In this document: piece by piece, positions 47,429 to 57,031 of the stretch
How positions within the stretch are numbered: the stretch's first letter is position 1
Layout of the letters: every line of letters begins with the position of its first letter
Source of the DNA: an uncultured Gammaproteobacteria bacterium
Lineage (GTDB): Bacteria > Patescibacteriota > Patescibacteriia > SBBC01 > CAIJZX01
Direction: 5' to 3'
Assembly (NCBI GenBank): GCA_964397195.1
Contig: CAYNGY010000003.1
Span: forward strand, 5,836 to 69,835
Length of the DNA stretch: 64,000 nt
Position numbers and translations under genes: made by a program
Notes under the pieces: model-generated
Databases searched by the model: none
What the model was told of the DNA's origin: nothing
What the model saw: only the letters and a program-made list of their open reading frames with translations

Positions 47429-49174
47429 ATGAGCTGGCGGCGCACGCAGTCTTCGCGGTCCGGTTTTGACCGTTTACGCTGGGTGCAGCTGACGATTGGT
47501 GCCTTCGCCATCATCCTGATTGCTCGAGTCGGTTTTTTGCAAATTGCCCGTGGCGGCTATTATCGGCTCGTGGCCGATGACCAACATCAGCTCAACGATC
47601 AACTCGAACCGACGCGCGGGGAGATTCTTGTTCATGACCGCTCGTCATCGTCCGGAACGTATCCGCTGGCGGCGAATAAAACGCTCCACTTACTGTACGC
47701 TCTGCCGAAACGAATTACTAATCCGGCCGAAGTGGCCATGAAAATTAAACCATTTGTCACACTGGATGATGAGACATTATTGGCGCGGTTGTCGAAACCG
47801 AACGACCTATATGAGCCGCTGGCGCATGGACTGACCGACGCACAGCAAGCGGAGATTGTAGCACTGAAGATCGACGGCCTCGACTTTATTGACGAAACCG
47901 AGCGCTACTATCCGGAAAAGAATATCGGATCGCACATCCTCGGGTTCGTCGGATTTGCCGATGATAAAAAAGTTGGACGGTACGGCATTGAAGGTTCATG
48001 GGAAAAGGAACTGGCCGGACAACGTGGGTCGATTCAGGCGGAAAAAGACGCGGCCGGACGGATTATTGTTTCCGCCGCCCAAGTCTGGCAACCGGCGATC
48101 GACGGCGCAGACGTCCTTCTAACCATTGACCGTTCGATTCAGTACGAGGCCTGCCGCCAGCTTGATGACGCCGTCCAGAAACATGGAGCTGATGGCGGGA
48201 GCGTCGTCATTCTCAACCCAAAAACCGGGGCGGTCTTGGCCATGTGCGGTGCCCCTGATTACGATCCGAATGCATTCCGTGACGTCACCGACATAAAGCG
48301 TTTTTTGAACCCGGTTACCCAATCAACCTATGAACCGGGCTCGGTGTTCAAGGCTTTGACGATGGCCGCGGCCGTGAATGAAAACAAAGTCACGGCGGAT
48401 ACGACCTATACCGATACCGGTGAAGTGAAAGTAGGGAGTTTTACCATTCGTAACTCGGATGATAAAGCTAACGGTGTGCAGACGATGACCCAAGTATTGG
48501 AAAAGTCATTGAATACCGGGGCGATCTACGCTATGCAGCAAATCGGTGCGAAGCGATTCGACGAGTACGTCCAGTCGTTTGGTTTTGGGACGTTGACTGA
48601 TGTTGGGGTGACCGAGGCAAACGGGAATATCAAGGCGCTGGCGACCGGAAAAGATATCTACGCCATGACCGGCTCATTCGGCCAAGGGTTAACGGTTACG
48701 CCGTTGCAATTAGCTGTGGCGTATGCGGCATTAGCGAACGGTGGCCTAGTGATGAAACCATATCTGGTTGAAGAGATTCGCCATCAAGATGGCACCGTTG
48801 ATACAACCAAGCCGGTCGAAGTGCGACGAGTGATTACTCAAAAGACGGCGGCGACTATTGCTGCGATGCTTGTCAACGTGGTCAAAAATGGTCATGGCCA
48901 GAAAGCCGGGGTACCGGGATACTTTGTAGCCGGAAAAACGGGGACGGCGCAAGTACCTGATCCAAATGGGAAAGGGTATCTCGAAAACGTGACGATCGGG
49001 ACATTCGCCGGTTTCGCCCCAGTTGAAGATCCAAAGTTCACGATGGTCGTGAAGATTGATCATCCGCGTGACGTGCAGTTCGCCGAATCATCGGCCGCAC
49101 CGCTGTTTGGGTCACTCGCCAAGTTCCTCCTGTCGTACTACCACATTGAACCGGCTGACACCACAACGAAATGA
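47429..49174 (+). CDS. ftsI: peptidoglycan D,D-transpeptidase (class B PBP, FtsI-like)
   Basis: N-terminal transmembrane helix. Dimerisation domain. SxxK (SVFK), SxN (SLN) and KTG(T) motifs. Confidence 0.9.
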   Translation: MSWRRTQSSRSGFDRLRWVQLTIGAFAIILIARVGFLQIARGGYYRLVADDQHQLNDQLEPTRGEILVHDRSSSSGTYPLAANKTLHLLYALPKRITNPAEVAMKIKPFVTLDDETLLARLSKPNDLYEPLAHGLTDAQQAEIVALKIDGLDFIDETERYYPEKNIGSHILGFVGFADDKKVGRYGIEGSWEKELAGQRGSIQAEKDAAGRIIVSAAQVWQPAIDGADVLLTIDRSIQYEACRQLDDAVQKHGADGGSVVILNPKTGAVLAMCGAPDYDPNAFRDVTDIKRFLNPVTQSTYEPGSVFKALTMAAAVNENKVTADTTYTDTGEVKVGSFTIRNSDDKANGVQTMTQVLEKSLNTGAIYAMQQIGAKRFDEYVQSFGFGTLTDVGVTEANGNIKALATGKDIYAMTGSFGQGLTVTPLQLAVAYAALANGGLVMKPYLVEEIRHQDGTVDTTKPVEVRRVITQKTAATIAAMLVNVVKNGHGQKAGVPGYFVAGKTGTAQVPDPNGKGYLENVTIGTFAGFAPVEDPKFTMVVKIDHPRDVQFAESSAAPLFGSLAKFLLSYYHIEPADTTTK

Positions 49175-50436
49175 AATACCTTGTCCGGTTGGTATTAACA
49201 TGGTTGGCTCGCGCGATCATCAAGCGATATCGTCCGATGGTGGTTGGTATTGCTGGGTCGGTTGGGAAAACTGGAACGAAAGATGTGGTCGCGGCGGCGG
49301 TTACTAGTCCAAAACGATCTGTTCGGGCGACGACCGGAAATTTTAACGCGGAAATCGGTGTCCCGGTGACGATCATCGCTGGTGGTGCTCGGCCGACCTC
49401 GATCTTCGGGTGGCTACGAATTATCGGCCGTGGCTTTCGATCGCTCCTGATTCGCGAATCGTACCCCGGGGCGGTGGTGTTAGAGATGGCGACGGATAAG
49501 CCCGGCGACTTGGCGAGTCTCTTGCATATTGCTCCGCCAACAGTTGGCGTTTTAACTTCAACGGCGCCGGAACATCTGGAATTTTTTGGAGATGAGGCGA
49601 CGGTTGTCGCCGAAGAGTCTTTGATTGTGCGGCAACTCCCACCAAACGGTACGGCCATTATTAATATCGATGATGAACGGAACGCGGCCTTGGTGGATCA
49701 AATTCGGGCGACGGTTATAACCTATGGCTGGCAGGAGCGAGCGATGATTCGCGCTGACGGCAGCACCTTTACCACTGATGCTCAAGGCCGGGTCTCGGGC
49801 ATGGTGGCAAAAATTGCGGTTGATGGCAGTGTTATTCCGGTGGCGTTACCCGGGGTCTTGGGGAAACACCAGGTGTTGCCGATTTTGGCGGGTGTCGCTG
49901 TGGCTACGGCCTTGGGTGATAGTGTTGCGGCGGTGGTGCCACGGCTCTCGACGTATCGTCCGCCAGCCGGGCGAATGCGACTATTTCCCGGAGTGAACGG
50001 CTCGCTCATCATTGATGATAGTTACAATGCCTCACCGGAGGCGGTCCAGGCGGCGATTGAGACTCTGTTAACATTGCCGGCGACCGGGAAGAAATACGCG
50101 ATTCTCGGTCAGATGTCGGAACTTGGCTCGTCGTCCGATCACTGGCATGCCGAGATTGGGCGTCTTTTCGGGCCGAAAACGGTGGCGCGGCTGGTGACGG
50201 TTGGCCCAGTGGCGGCGGGCTATGGCCCGGCGGCTGAAGCGGTCGGCTTTCCGCCAGTGCGAATTACGAACGTGGCTGATGCGGAGATGGCCGCGGGGGT
50301 GGTTCGACCGGACCTTGGCCCGGGGGATGTTGTGTTAATCAAGGGCTCGCGGTACGCGGCGCGACTCGAACGGGCGGTAAGGCTTCTTCTCGAAAACCCA
50401 GAACGCGATAGCGCGTCACTCGTCGGCGCGGAGTAG
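49171..50436 (+). CDS. murF: Mur ligase, MurF-like (UDP-MurNAc-pentapeptide synthetase) lacking the N-terminal domain
   Basis: P-loop GIAGSVGKTGTKD. MurF-type GNFNAEIGVPVTI. LEMATDKPGDL…APEHLEFFG. C-terminal Mur domain. 421 aa. Confidence 0.75.
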   Translation: MKYLVRLVLTWLARAIIKRYRPMVVGIAGSVGKTGTKDVVAAAVTSPKRSVRATTGNFNAEIGVPVTIIAGGARPTSIFGWLRIIGRGFRSLLIRESYPGAVVLEMATDKPGDLASLLHIAPPTVGVLTSTAPEHLEFFGDEATVVAEESLIVRQLPPNGTAIINIDDERNAALVDQIRATVITYGWQERAMIRADGSTFTTDAQGRVSGMVAKIAVDGSVIPVALPGVLGKHQVLPILAGVAVATALGDSVAAVVPRLSTYRPPAGRMRLFPGVNGSLIIDDSYNASPEAVQAAIETLLTLPATGKKYAILGQMSELGSSSDHWHAEIGRLFGPKTVARLVTVGPVAAGYGPAAEAVGFPPVRITNVADAEMAAGVVRPDLGPGDVVLIKGSRYAARLERAVRLLLENPERDSASLVGAE

Positions 50437-50557
50437 GCTCGACGAACGGCTAAGATTGGCGGAGAAACGTCTTCAGCGTTTTTTCAGTTTCGGAATATAT
50501 ACTTACCACGCTTTCGATCGAAGCACGCACCTTCCTTATCAATAACATCTTCGAACT

Positions 50558-51007
50558 ATGAAACAACCCATAAAAAACTCGCTCCTTGGTTTAGCCGGAG
50601 TCGGGATTCTCAGTCTCGGTCTATGGTCGGCGGCCAACGTCCACGCGGCGACGGCGACGACCAATACGTCCACGAGCACCACCGCCACCAACGTCTCGGA
50701 ACGCGGTCCCGGTAGCGGGAGACACCTGACGGACATGGCCGAGATCCTCGGAATGTCCACGACCGAGTTACAAACCGCGCTTGATAGTGGTCAGGAGTTC
50801 TACCAAATCGCCGCCGCAAAAGGGGTGACCTATGCGTCGCTCAGCGCCAAACAGTTGGCCGCGTATACGGCGAAACTCGCGGACATGGTCAAGGTTGGGT
50901 ATTTGACACAGGCAGAGTCTGATACCTTCTTGGCCCAGTACAAGAGTCAAGCCGCGCTCTCACCTGAGGGCATGCCAGGCATGGGATTTGGCCATCACGG
51001 TCGATAA
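50558..51007 (+). CDS. secreted hypothetical protein
   Basis: Signal peptide, then a Thr-rich segment and a helical domain. No family recognised. Confidence 0.45.
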   Translation: MKQPIKNSLLGLAGVGILSLGLWSAANVHAATATTNTSTSTTATNVSERGPGSGRHLTDMAEILGMSTTELQTALDSGQEFYQIAAAKGVTYASLSAKQLAAYTAKLADMVKVGYLTQAESDTFLAQYKSQAALSPEGMPGMGFGHHGR

Positions 51008-51026
51008 GAAGAATGAGCGGAAACAC

Positions 51027-51060
51027 GGGCCCGTATGCGTACGGGCCCGGCTCTATTTAT
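51027..51060 (+). terminator. Rho-independent terminator
   Basis: GGGCCCGTA-TGCG-TACGGGCCC hairpin followed by GGCTCTATTTAT. Confidence 0.6.
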
Positions 51061-51224
51061 CCACAGTCGGACCATGGGTTACATGTCGATCCCTCACTTT
51101 ACCCTAAGATTAGCGAGAATCGGCGTTCAGGGAAAATTCAGTTATGATGTATATGCTGGTATCGCAGGAGTATGGACTGCACTTCACTCGGTAACCTCAA
51201 CCAACTGAGGAAAAAGACATTCAC

Positions 51225-52280
51225 GTGGCATATACACCCGCTCGCGTCACCGACATTACCTGGCTGACGCCAACCATTCTCGAGGTCACCTTACGACGCG
51301 ACCACGATGCGCCGTTTCCGCTATGGCAAGCCGGACAGTATGTGCTGATCTCGTTTCCCGGCCAGCCGCGATTGCGGGGGAATCGTCCGTTTTCCATTTC
51401 CAGTCCACCCGCTGACCCGACGATGTTGCGGATTGGCATTCGGGTGATGGGTAAGTTTACCAAAACGCTTCCGGCGCTGCGCGTCGGTGATTCGGCCCGG
51501 GTGACGGGGCCGTTTGGTGCTTTTGTCTTGCATCCCACGGAAACGCGGGTGGTGTTGCTCGGCGGCGGAATTGGTGTCACGCCACTCGTGAGCATATTCA
51601 TGCAGGCCGCAGTTACATCGTGGGGTGGGGAAATGAATTACATCGCGAGTCACCGTTCAGTGGAAGAAGTGGCTTACGCCGATCGCCTTCTCGAGGCAGC
51701 GCAGGGCCGGCGGACATTCCGTGTTGTTACGGCGGTTGAAGGAGTTGCGTCAGACGCCGAACGGGGGATCGTTTCGGGCCGGATTACCGCTGATCTGGTT
51801 CATCAGTACCTGACTGCCGATGCGCGAGAGTATGTCTGGTATATCTGTGGTCCAACTCCGTTTATGGCGGCGATGCGGACGATGATTCGTGGCTTAGGCG
51901 TTCCCGAGGATCGGATCCATAGTGAACTCTTTGCCGTCGCCCCGCCGACCATTTTTGAACGGACATGGACGCCGAAGGTCGTTTTTGCTGGTTGGGCGGT
52001 GGTGGCCGCATCAATTTTTGGGGTGGTCTATGGCTTGGAACGAGCAAATCGTGTTACCGTATCACCATCGACCTACACTCAGCAGGCCGTAGAATCAATC
52101 GCGGCCACGGCCGACGCCTATCGCGCTGAGCACGCGCTGAAGGCGCCAGCCAACACATCAGTTGACCCGACGGTCCCTCCCAATAGCGCGGCGAAAAATA
52201 CGGTGACGACCCCGTCGACGCCACGGGTAACGCCGACAGTCCCAACCCGCACCTTTCGACCTCGTACTGGGCAATCATAA
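51225..52280 (+). CDS. FNR-like FAD/NAD(P)-binding oxidoreductase with C-terminal transmembrane helix and Pro/Thr-rich tail
   Basis: FAD_binding_6-like region (RPFSISS…RIGIRVMGKFT). NAD-binding GGGIGVTP. A C-terminal hydrophobic helix, then a PT-rich segment. GTG start. Confidence 0.7.
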   Translation: MAYTPARVTDITWLTPTILEVTLRRDHDAPFPLWQAGQYVLISFPGQPRLRGNRPFSISSPPADPTMLRIGIRVMGKFTKTLPALRVGDSARVTGPFGAFVLHPTETRVVLLGGGIGVTPLVSIFMQAAVTSWGGEMNYIASHRSVEEVAYADRLLEAAQGRRTFRVVTAVEGVASDAERGIVSGRITADLVHQYLTADAREYVWYICGPTPFMAAMRTMIRGLGVPEDRIHSELFAVAPPTIFERTWTPKVVFAGWAVVAASIFGVVYGLERANRVTVSPSTYTQQAVESIAATADAYRAEHALKAPANTSVDPTVPPNSAAKNTVTTPSTPRVTPTVPTRTFRPRTGQS

Positions 52281-52286
52281 TCGACC

Positions 52287-52565
52287 ATGTCACGAACGCG
52301 ACGTATTACACTTTGTCTTGCACTCATCCTCGGCCTTGGGCTGAGCCTGCGTGCACTCCCGATTTTTGCGGAAACGGAGCGCGAAGAGTCGTTTGAGTTT
52401 GATGATCGCGTTGGTGAGGAAAACGTGATTCCCGAGCAAACGACACCACCGTTACCGACCGAAACACTGGCGGCGCCAACCGCAGTCGCGGCGTCATCAA
52501 CCAGCGTCGTCGACAATAATCGTAACGGTATCGTTGATTCATTTGAACTACGAATCATCCGATGA
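52287..52565 (+). CDS. small secreted protein with EF-hand/dockerin-like Ca-binding motif
   Basis: Signal peptide. An acidic region. DNNRNGIVDSFEL. Confidence 0.4.
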   Translation: MSRTRRITLCLALILGLGLSLRALPIFAETEREESFEFDDRVGEENVIPEQTTPPLPTETLAAPTAVAASSTSVVDNNRNGIVDSFELRIIR

Positions 52566-53503
52566 TTCACGACTCGTTCACAGGCTTAGGGACATCAATT
52601 GAAGGCACGATTGACGCCTCAGAAGTTCGCGGTCGGGCGCTCTGGGCGACGATCCGACGCGAGGTGGCTATTTTTGAACATCGCTTTAGCCGTTTCGACC
52701 GCCGCTCGGAAGTATATCGGTTAAATGTCCAACACGGGAAACCGATGGTCGTCAGTCCGGAGTTCATTGCGTTGTTACAAGCGTCACACGCCATCTTCAC
52801 CTTAACTGATGGGATCGTTGACCCAACCGTGGGGCAGGCACTCGTGGCGGTTGGGTACGATGCATCATTCGACACACTGCAGGACCGTCCCGAGGGCGAT
52901 GAATCGCACGCGATGCCAACGCCGACAAACTTTTCGAAGGTGACGATTGATTCCGAAACGCGCACGGTCCAGTTGCCGGCCGGGACCTCCTTGGATTTTG
53001 GTGGGGTGGGAAAAGGGTATTTACTTGACCAGTTGCGTCCGGTGATCGAAAAAATCACGAAAAACTTTTGCCTTTCATTCGGCGGAGATTTGCTGGTCTC
53101 GGGTGTTAATGAAAAGAATCAACCGTGGACGATCGATGTTCAAAATCCGGCCGTACTCCACGAGCAGATTGGGGTGTTGCGCATGCCGGCCGGACGCTGG
53201 GGGTTGGCCACGTCGGGGATCACCAAACGACGCGGTGTGCGACGTGGGCGTACCTGGCATCACATTATTGATCCGCGAACCCGGCAGCCATCAGATACCG
53301 ACGTTTTGTCGGCCACCGTTCTCGCTCCGACGGCGCTTGAAGCCGATATCGCTGCGAAGTCAATTATTATTCGCGGTTCCGAAGATGGTTGTGCGTGGTT
53401 ACACTCACTCCCGCATTCGGAAGCTCTGGTTGTGGGGATTGATAGTACGATTAAGATCACGTCACCAGTAATTGAGTATATCCCGAAAGGCACGAAAAAG
53501 TGA
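52562..53503 (+). CDS. apbE: FAD:protein FMN transferase
   Basis: ApbE motifs SLDFGGVGKGYLLDQ and ATSGITKRRGV…HHIIDPRTRQP. Confidence 0.85.
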   Translation: MIHDSFTGLGTSIEGTIDASEVRGRALWATIRREVAIFEHRFSRFDRRSEVYRLNVQHGKPMVVSPEFIALLQASHAIFTLTDGIVDPTVGQALVAVGYDASFDTLQDRPEGDESHAMPTPTNFSKVTIDSETRTVQLPAGTSLDFGGVGKGYLLDQLRPVIEKITKNFCLSFGGDLLVSGVNEKNQPWTIDVQNPAVLHEQIGVLRMPAGRWGLATSGITKRRGVRRGRTWHHIIDPRTRQPSDTDVLSATVLAPTALEADIAAKSIIIRGSEDGCAWLHSLPHSEALVVGIDSTIKITSPVIEYIPKGTKK

Positions 53504-54342
53504 GGCGAAAAATGTTTCTGTCGGTACTTCTCGGCGTCACCTTGCTCTTGGTCGCACATCGGGTGAATGCAGTGACGTATCCGGCGCGAGTTGATGATTT
53601 ATATCAAACGTCTGATCCACTGGACTCGGATCATGATGGGCTGACCGATCAGGGCGAGACGCGAATTTTTTTAACATCGCCGACGGTTGCCGATACCGAT
53701 GCGGATGGCTACAGCGATGGCGCGGAAGTGATGATCGGGAGTGATCCGAACGCGGCGGACGATCCGGCGAGTAGCCTGACCGCGGCGAGCGATCCGTCGA
53801 GTCCGTTTCCTTGGCCTTGGATCTTAATCCGAGTGAGCGGCATTTCAAGTTTTCTGCTGGTTTTTTGCTTAGCGATCAGTGGGATGATGATGACAGCCGG
53901 ATGGTGGTACCGCGTCATTCCGCCGAATATCGCCTGGTCACTCCATCGGACGATTGGGTTGACGCTCATTCTGTCCATCCTTCTCCATATTACGGGGTTA
54001 TTGTTTGATACCTTTTTCCATTTTGGCATTATTGATGTGCTCGTGCCGTTTGTGGCGCCGTATCGGGCCGTGTGGGTTGGTCTCGGTGTGCTCGCGTTCT
54101 ACGCGATTCTCTTAGTTGTCTATACATCGGTTTACCAAATTCAGCGTCACGCCGGGTTTTGGCGATTTACGCACTTCCTGTCATTTCCGATGTTCATCCT
54201 GCTGTTTTTGCATGGTATCTACGCCGGGACCGATACGTCCCGACCGTGGTTGCAGGGTATGTATTGGGGAACGGGCGGGATGATGGCCGTCGCGGTGTTT
54301 GCGCGCTTGGCTTGGAAATATTTACCGCGACAACCATCATGA
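53500..54342 (+). CDS. membrane protein: N-terminal TSP3-like Ca-binding repeats plus ferric-reductase-type di-heme transmembrane domain (MsrQ/NOX-like)
   Basis: Signal sequence. DSDHDGLTDQGE / DTDADGYSDGAE repeats. Bis-His pairs H-x13-H (HRTIGLTLILSILLH) and H-x12-H (HFLSFPMFILLFLH) in separate transmembrane helices. Confidence 0.7.
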   Translation: MRRKMFLSVLLGVTLLLVAHRVNAVTYPARVDDLYQTSDPLDSDHDGLTDQGETRIFLTSPTVADTDADGYSDGAEVMIGSDPNAADDPASSLTAASDPSSPFPWPWILIRVSGISSFLLVFCLAISGMMMTAGWWYRVIPPNIAWSLHRTIGLTLILSILLHITGLLFDTFFHFGIIDVLVPFVAPYRAVWVGLGVLAFYAILLVVYTSVYQIQRHAGFWRFTHFLSFPMFILLFLHGIYAGTDTSRPWLQGMYWGTGGMMAVAVFARLAWKYLPRQPS

Positions 54343-54509
54343 CTATGACCCGTCCGTTGCTCATGGGAATCGTGGCAATTGCGGTGACACTCGGCATGAT
54401 TGTCGCGATTCGACTGATCACGCCGGAGGATCGGTGGATGTGTAACAATGGACGCTGGGTTGCACACGGCCATCCAACCACCGCCGTACCGACCCGACCA
54501 TGTCGGTAA
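54339..54509 (+). CDS. small membrane protein (56 aa)
   Basis: ATGA-coupled to the upstream gene. One transmembrane helix. Not in the ORF track as a separate entry. Confidence 0.3.
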   Translation: MTMTRPLLMGIVAIAVTLGMIVAIRLITPEDRWMCNNGRWVAHGHPTTAVPTRPCR

Positions 54510-55096
54510 CGCCGCCACTGATTCGCTGTGCGTGGGTGCCACTGCATATTCCCGAGTACGTGCGGTATCATGATCACGAGTGGGGAGTCCCGATTCACAC
54601 AGACCGTCGGATGTTTGAGTTTATCGTGCTCGAAAGTGCCCAAGCCGGGTTGTCGTGGTTAACGATTCTCCGAAAACGAGCCGGGTATAAACAGTCATTC
54701 GCTGATTTTGACCCGGAGCGCGTGGCGCGCTTTACCGGGCGTGATGTGACTCGGCTGATGCGGCACCCGCGGATCGTACGGAATAAGATGAAGATTGAGG
54801 GCACGATTACAAATGCTCGAGCATTCCTTCGCGTCCGTCAGGAATGGGGGACGTTTTCGAAGTATCTCTGGTCATTTGTCGACGGTGTGCCAATCCAGCC
54901 GCATCGACGGGCTGGACAGCCGCTCCCGGCGGTGACGCCGCTGGCGGTACAGATTGCCGCGGATCTGCGGCGGCGCGGGTTTCGGTGGCTTGGACCGACG
55001 GTGGTGTATGCGCATCTGCAAGCGACGGGCATTGTGAATGATCATATCAGGACCTGTTGGCGGTACGGCGCTCTCGGCGGCGAGAAGAAAAAATGA
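54500..55096 (+). CDS. tag: DNA-3-methyladenine glycosylase I
   Basis: RCAWV…YHDHEWGVP…ESAQAGLSWLTILRKR…IVRNKMKI: Tag family, including the Zn-binding residues. Confidence 0.9.
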   Translation: MSVTPPLIRCAWVPLHIPEYVRYHDHEWGVPIHTDRRMFEFIVLESAQAGLSWLTILRKRAGYKQSFADFDPERVARFTGRDVTRLMRHPRIVRNKMKIEGTITNARAFLRVRQEWGTFSKYLWSFVDGVPIQPHRRAGQPLPAVTPLAVQIAADLRRRGFRWLGPTVVYAHLQATGIVNDHIRTCWRYGALGGEKKK

Positions 55097-55108
55097 TATA
55101 CTCGGGGT

Positions 55109-55498
55109 ATGAGTATCCCGACTTTACATCGTCCCGCCACCCGCGCCTTTTTCTTTTGGGCCGGTATTCTTTCGACCGTTCTGTACCGGGCGATCATTTT
55201 CTTTACCGGCGCGAGTCAAGTCACGTTGCGTGTTATTTGGTATGTCGGGACAGTTGGATTTGTTATCTATTTCGTCCATCGCTATGACATTGCCAAGCGG
55301 CGGACGCGCGTGATTCATGAACTCGGGTTGGCCGAAAAAGTCCCGCAACTAAAGGAGCTGTCTGACACCGATCGGGCAGGTTTACAGTACTTATTTGCGA
55401 CCTTGCAGTCGTCTCGCGAAAAGTGGAATTACTATGTTATTTTCGCCAGCTCAGTGATTGCCCTGTTGGCAGCGCTGTGGGTCGATTTTGTTCGGTGA
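55109..55498 (+). CDS. hypothetical membrane protein
   Basis: Three predicted transmembrane helices. No family recognised. Confidence 0.4.
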   Translation: MSIPTLHRPATRAFFFWAGILSTVLYRAIIFFTGASQVTLRVIWYVGTVGFVIYFVHRYDIAKRRTRVIHELGLAEKVPQLKELSDTDRAGLQYLFATLQSSREKWNYYVIFASSVIALLAALWVDFVR

Positions 55499-55599
55499 CC
55501 GTCCGCCGCTCGTTGTGGGTGTTGGCTGGATACGGGCTTTGCGGTTTTTCAGGCTGAAGCGTATACTGAGGGCGTTTATTGGTCGGTATTGTACAGCCC

Positions 55600-56061
55600 A
55601 TGGAGACACCATCTTCACCCGAACCTCGTCGATTGCTGCGCTCCCGAACCCAGCGAATGGTGGCCGGGGTTTGTGGAGGATTGGGCGAGTATTTCCATAT
55701 TGATCCGACGATCATTCGGGTCATTTTTGCGGCCCTGATGTTTAGCGGCGGGGCCGGTGTTGGGATCTATGTCTTGCTGTGGCTCTTTGTGCCTGAGGCC
55801 GGTATGGAGACAGCAGATATCTCCCAGCGCGTCACCGTGGCTGGTCAGGAGATAAAAACCAGTGCGGAATCGTTTGCCAAACGTGTGACGAGTGAGCAAG
55901 GCCGGGCGACAGGTCGTGTGGTGCTCGGAGTGATTCTCGTCGTGGCCGGGGCGATGGCGATGATGGACCGAGTGACACCGTGGCATGTCCTTCGCGGCGA
56001 TGTTTTTTGGCCGGTCGTGGTCATTGCGTTTGGCGCTTGGGTCATGTTTAAAAAATCATAA
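55600..56061 (+). CDS. PspC-domain membrane protein
   Basis: MVAGVCGGLGEYFHIDPTIIRVIFAALMF…LLWLFVPE PspC domain, then a second transmembrane helix. Confidence 0.75.
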   Translation: METPSSPEPRRLLRSRTQRMVAGVCGGLGEYFHIDPTIIRVIFAALMFSGGAGVGIYVLLWLFVPEAGMETADISQRVTVAGQEIKTSAESFAKRVTSEQGRATGRVVLGVILVVAGAMAMMDRVTPWHVLRGDVFWPVVVIAFGAWVMFKKS

Positions 56062-56069
56062 TCACTGGT

Positions 56070-57023
56070 ATGGATACACCATCAACACCTCCACCGCCAA
56101 CGGTCTCGACACCACCGCCAACCAAGCATCGTTCCTATAGTCTCTGGCGGCTGGTGATCGGGTTACCCGTGATATTTATAGGCCTGCAATTCTTGGCAAT
56201 GAATTTTGGCTGGAATTGGACATGGACGGAAAATATCTGGCAGCTGTGGCCACTCCTGATTGTGCTCTTCGGCATCTTATTAATCACCCGCGGTCACGGA
56301 GTGCCGCGCTGGGTTGGGTACGTATTAGCCCTCTTGGTCATCACGGCGGGGGTGCTGTGGGCGGTGACTCGGCCGGCGGTCAATCATGAAGCACAAACAA
56401 CGACGATTCGCGTGCCGTATGGCGAGACGATTACCACGGCGCGGTATTTTGTGACGTCCGGCGCCTCAACGGTGACGATTCGCGGTGGTGCGGATGACCT
56501 CGTCAACGGCTCGTTCATGTCGAACAGCGGCCGAACCGTCAACGTGACGTCAACCGAAAATGCCGGGGAGACGACGGTTCGTCTGACACCAGACAGCGCT
56601 CACGAGTGGTGGTTTTTTCCGTCGATGCGAAATACCATCGATCTTCGTTTGCGAGACGGTCTCACCTCAACCGTAACCGTTGATGCCGGGGCATCCAAGA
56701 TTGACGCCGATCTGCGAACCGTTCCGGTCACGGACGTGGAATTCAAAGCCGGGGCATCAACCATGGCGGTGACCCTCGGTGACGCGGTTGCCCAAGCGCA
56801 TTTGACGATCGACGCCGGTGCTTCGACGATGACCATCCGGGTACCGCTGACGGTTGGAATCGAACTGCGGTTGGACGCGGGTGCGACGACGAAACACTTC
56901 TCGAGTGACCTGAAGAAGATAGATGACGATCGTTATGAAACTGACGGCTACGCGACCGCCGCCAAGAAGGTGTCGATTGATATCGATGCTGGCGCCTCAA
57001 CCATTACAATCATTCACGAATAA
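56070..57023 (+). CDS. LiaF-like / DUF4097 (putative adhesin) membrane protein
   Basis: Pro-rich N-terminus. Three transmembrane helices. An extracellular β-rich domain with five DAGAS/T repeats. Confidence 0.6.
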   Translation: MDTPSTPPPPTVSTPPPTKHRSYSLWRLVIGLPVIFIGLQFLAMNFGWNWTWTENIWQLWPLLIVLFGILLITRGHGVPRWVGYVLALLVITAGVLWAVTRPAVNHEAQTTTIRVPYGETITTARYFVTSGASTVTIRGGADDLVNGSFMSNSGRTVNVTSTENAGETTVRLTPDSAHEWWFFPSMRNTIDLRLRDGLTSTVTVDAGASKIDADLRTVPVTDVEFKAGASTMAVTLGDAVAQAHLTIDAGASTMTIRVPLTVGIELRLDAGATTKHFSSDLKKIDDDRYETDGYATAAKKVSIDIDAGASTITIIHE

Positions 57024-57031
57024 CACGCCGT

